DNA from: Victivallales bacterium
GTDB taxonomy: Bacteria; Verrucomicrobiota; Lentisphaeria; Victivallales; G963678815
DNA: 64,000 bases
NCBI GenBank assembly: GCA_963678815.1
Contig: OY787460.1
Span: forward strand, 6,394,861-6,458,860
Reading direction: 5' to 3'
Position 1 is the first letter of the stretch. Each line of letters begins with the position of its first letter. Both the position numbers and the translations under genes were made by a program. A model generated the notes under the pieces. That model saw only the letters and a program-made list of their open reading frames with translations, did no database searches and was not told the origin of the DNA. Below, one piece after another: positions 62,986 to 64,000 of this stretch.

Positions 62986-64000
62986 TTAAACCGTTAAATC
63001 GCAACCTTCCGGCAGTCCCTGGAGAAACATCAGGATATCAGCCTGCATGAATGCGCATTCAGTGATGCCATTAGTATTGTCGCGCATTTCCGGCAGTCCG
63101 TCCCGTCCGACCCGGCGGCAGGCATGGTTAAGCAGCTTCGCGGCGGCGGCGGAATTTTCTTCCCCGCCCTTGCGCAACAATACGTTGATAGTGATGAAAT
63201 AAGTCCACAGGTTGAATTTTGCGGATGAAGTTTCAAACTCCTCCCAGTTCAGTGTACCATCCGGATTTATGCTGCCGCGCAGAAATTCACATCCCTTGGC
63301 AAGCGACGACTTACATTTGTCCATATCCTGCTGAGTAAAAGGACTGACCACCATTTGCGACGCATGCTCCATCACGTTTAAAAGACACCACAATACCAGC
63401 GAGGTGTAATTGATAGTTGTCCAACCGTAATCCCGGTACGGCATACAACCGTTTTCCCATTGCAGTCCGAGGGTATGACTTACCGCCCGTTTCACCCCCT
63501 GGGAAAAAATGTTCAGCCTTTTGCTGTAAATCTGATCAAGAACGCGTCCGATCAGGAATAAAGCGTCGGCAGTATGCATGTTGGCGTTCAAGGTGTCGTA
63601 AGGAGAGCGTTCATGGTGTGGAAAAATGCCGGAACCCGGTGGAAATTCAATGCCTAGAAACCAGTGACCGGCATTTTGCAGACAGTCCATGTAGCTTTTT
63701 TTCGGTGGCAGGCCATTGAGCAATGCTTCCGCCATTCCGTGAATGGCAAATCCGGTGGAGATTGTCGACAATTCCTCCCGCCCGGTTTTTTCCCAGTCGG
63801 AAGGTTTTTCATGATTCTGAATCTCGAACCAGCCCCCCCGCGAATGCTGACGGCTGACCAGCCAATCGAAAGCAAGTTCCGCGCGATGTTGAATATCTTT
63901 ATCACCGGTCATCCACAGCGCAAGCGCTCCACTCCCGCAACCGCGGTGATGATGGGCGCCCCCAGCGTTCCAGTCGAGCAACGGACCGTGATAAGCCTTT
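62986..64000 (-). CDS. alpha/alpha-toroid protein with prenyltransferase/terpene-cyclase-like (QW-type) repeats, partial (N-terminus beyond right edge)
   Basis: The frame stays open upstream of the TTG at 63981 to the window edge (KAYHGP-LLDWNAGG...). It contains LVSRQHSRGGWFEI and INPDGTLNWEE, which are QxxxGGW/DGxW-like repeats. Function unknown. Confidence 0.4.
   Translation of the reverse strand, partial: KAYHGPLLDWNAGGAHHHRGCGSGALALWMTGDKDIQHRAELAFDWLVSRQHSRGGWFEIQNHEKPSDWEKTGREELSTISTGFAIHGMAEALLNGLPPKKSYMDCLQNAGHWFLGIEFPPGSGIFPHHERSPYDTLNANMHTADALFLIGRVLDQIYSKRLNIFSQGVKRAVSHTLGLQWENGCMPYRDYGWTTINYTSLVLWCLLNVMEHASQMVVSPFTQQDMDKCKSSLAKGCEFLRGSINPDGTLNWEEFETSSAKFNLWTYFITINVLLRKGGEENSAAAAKLLNHACRRVGRDGLPEMRDNTNGITECAFMQADILMFLQGLPEGCDLTV

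Noticed and set aside
1-64000. CRISPR arrays, tRNA/rRNA genes, transposases/integrases, prophage or defence-system genes
   Set aside because: No regularly spaced repeats, no cloverleaf-compatible conserved tRNA motifs in the intergenic regions I read, and no ORF with transposase/integrase/nuclease-ATPase hallmarks. The only repeats are the short ones listed as features.

Overview
This 64-kb window is an accessory-style island for carbohydrate and sulfated-glycan catabolism. The gene content and the many FTLIELL-type DUF1559 pseudopilin-like genes suggest a PVC-superphylum genome (Lentisphaerota/Kiritimatiellota-like); this is inference only. It holds about 42 tightly packed protein genes with several ATGA stop/start overlaps. 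I found no rRNA, tRNA, CRISPR array, transposase or integrase. Enzymes: 6 Cys-type (C-x-P-x-R) sulfatases that all lack signal peptides; 6 Gfo/Idh/MocA oxidoreductase paralogs; GH2; GH38; an (alpha/alpha)6 GH; a heparinase II/III-like lyase; 2 secreted beta-helix proteins; a secreted beta-propeller GH-like protein; and a secreted/cytoplasmic paralog pair of an uncharacterised GH-like family. Also present: 2 PHP-type (DUF3604/CehA-like) metallohydrolases; 2 non-pyrrolysine MttB-superfamily and 2 URO-D/MtaA-like proteins with no corrinoid protein nearby; a GNAT; an FAD oxidoreductase; an SDR; an Ldh_2 dehydrogenase; one SSS symporter; and one glycyl radical enzyme without an activase. There are 5 pseudopilin-like genes and 5 one-component regulators (3 AraC, one GntR-HTH fused to an ABC-type solute-binding fold, one AraR-type GntR-HTH/PBP1). 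Canonical TTGACA-17-TATAAT promoters can be read by eye. Two different palindromic operators (TGGTTTAACCA and ATAATCGATTAT) recur in front of separate units and link distant loci. Non-coding oddities are a ~190-nt GC-rich nested-hairpin element between two cistrons (8561-8749), a two-copy inverted-repeat-bounded element (31635-31753 and 39212-39348), and an 800-bp gene-poor stretch (2832-3634) containing an ORF broken by one in-frame TGA. The most novel candidates are locus-embedded pseudopilins lacking the Gly(-1) cleavage residue, MttB-like/URO-D-like genes coupled to sulfatases, PHP-like hydrolases inside a heparinase-like operon, and an orphan glycyl radical enzyme.
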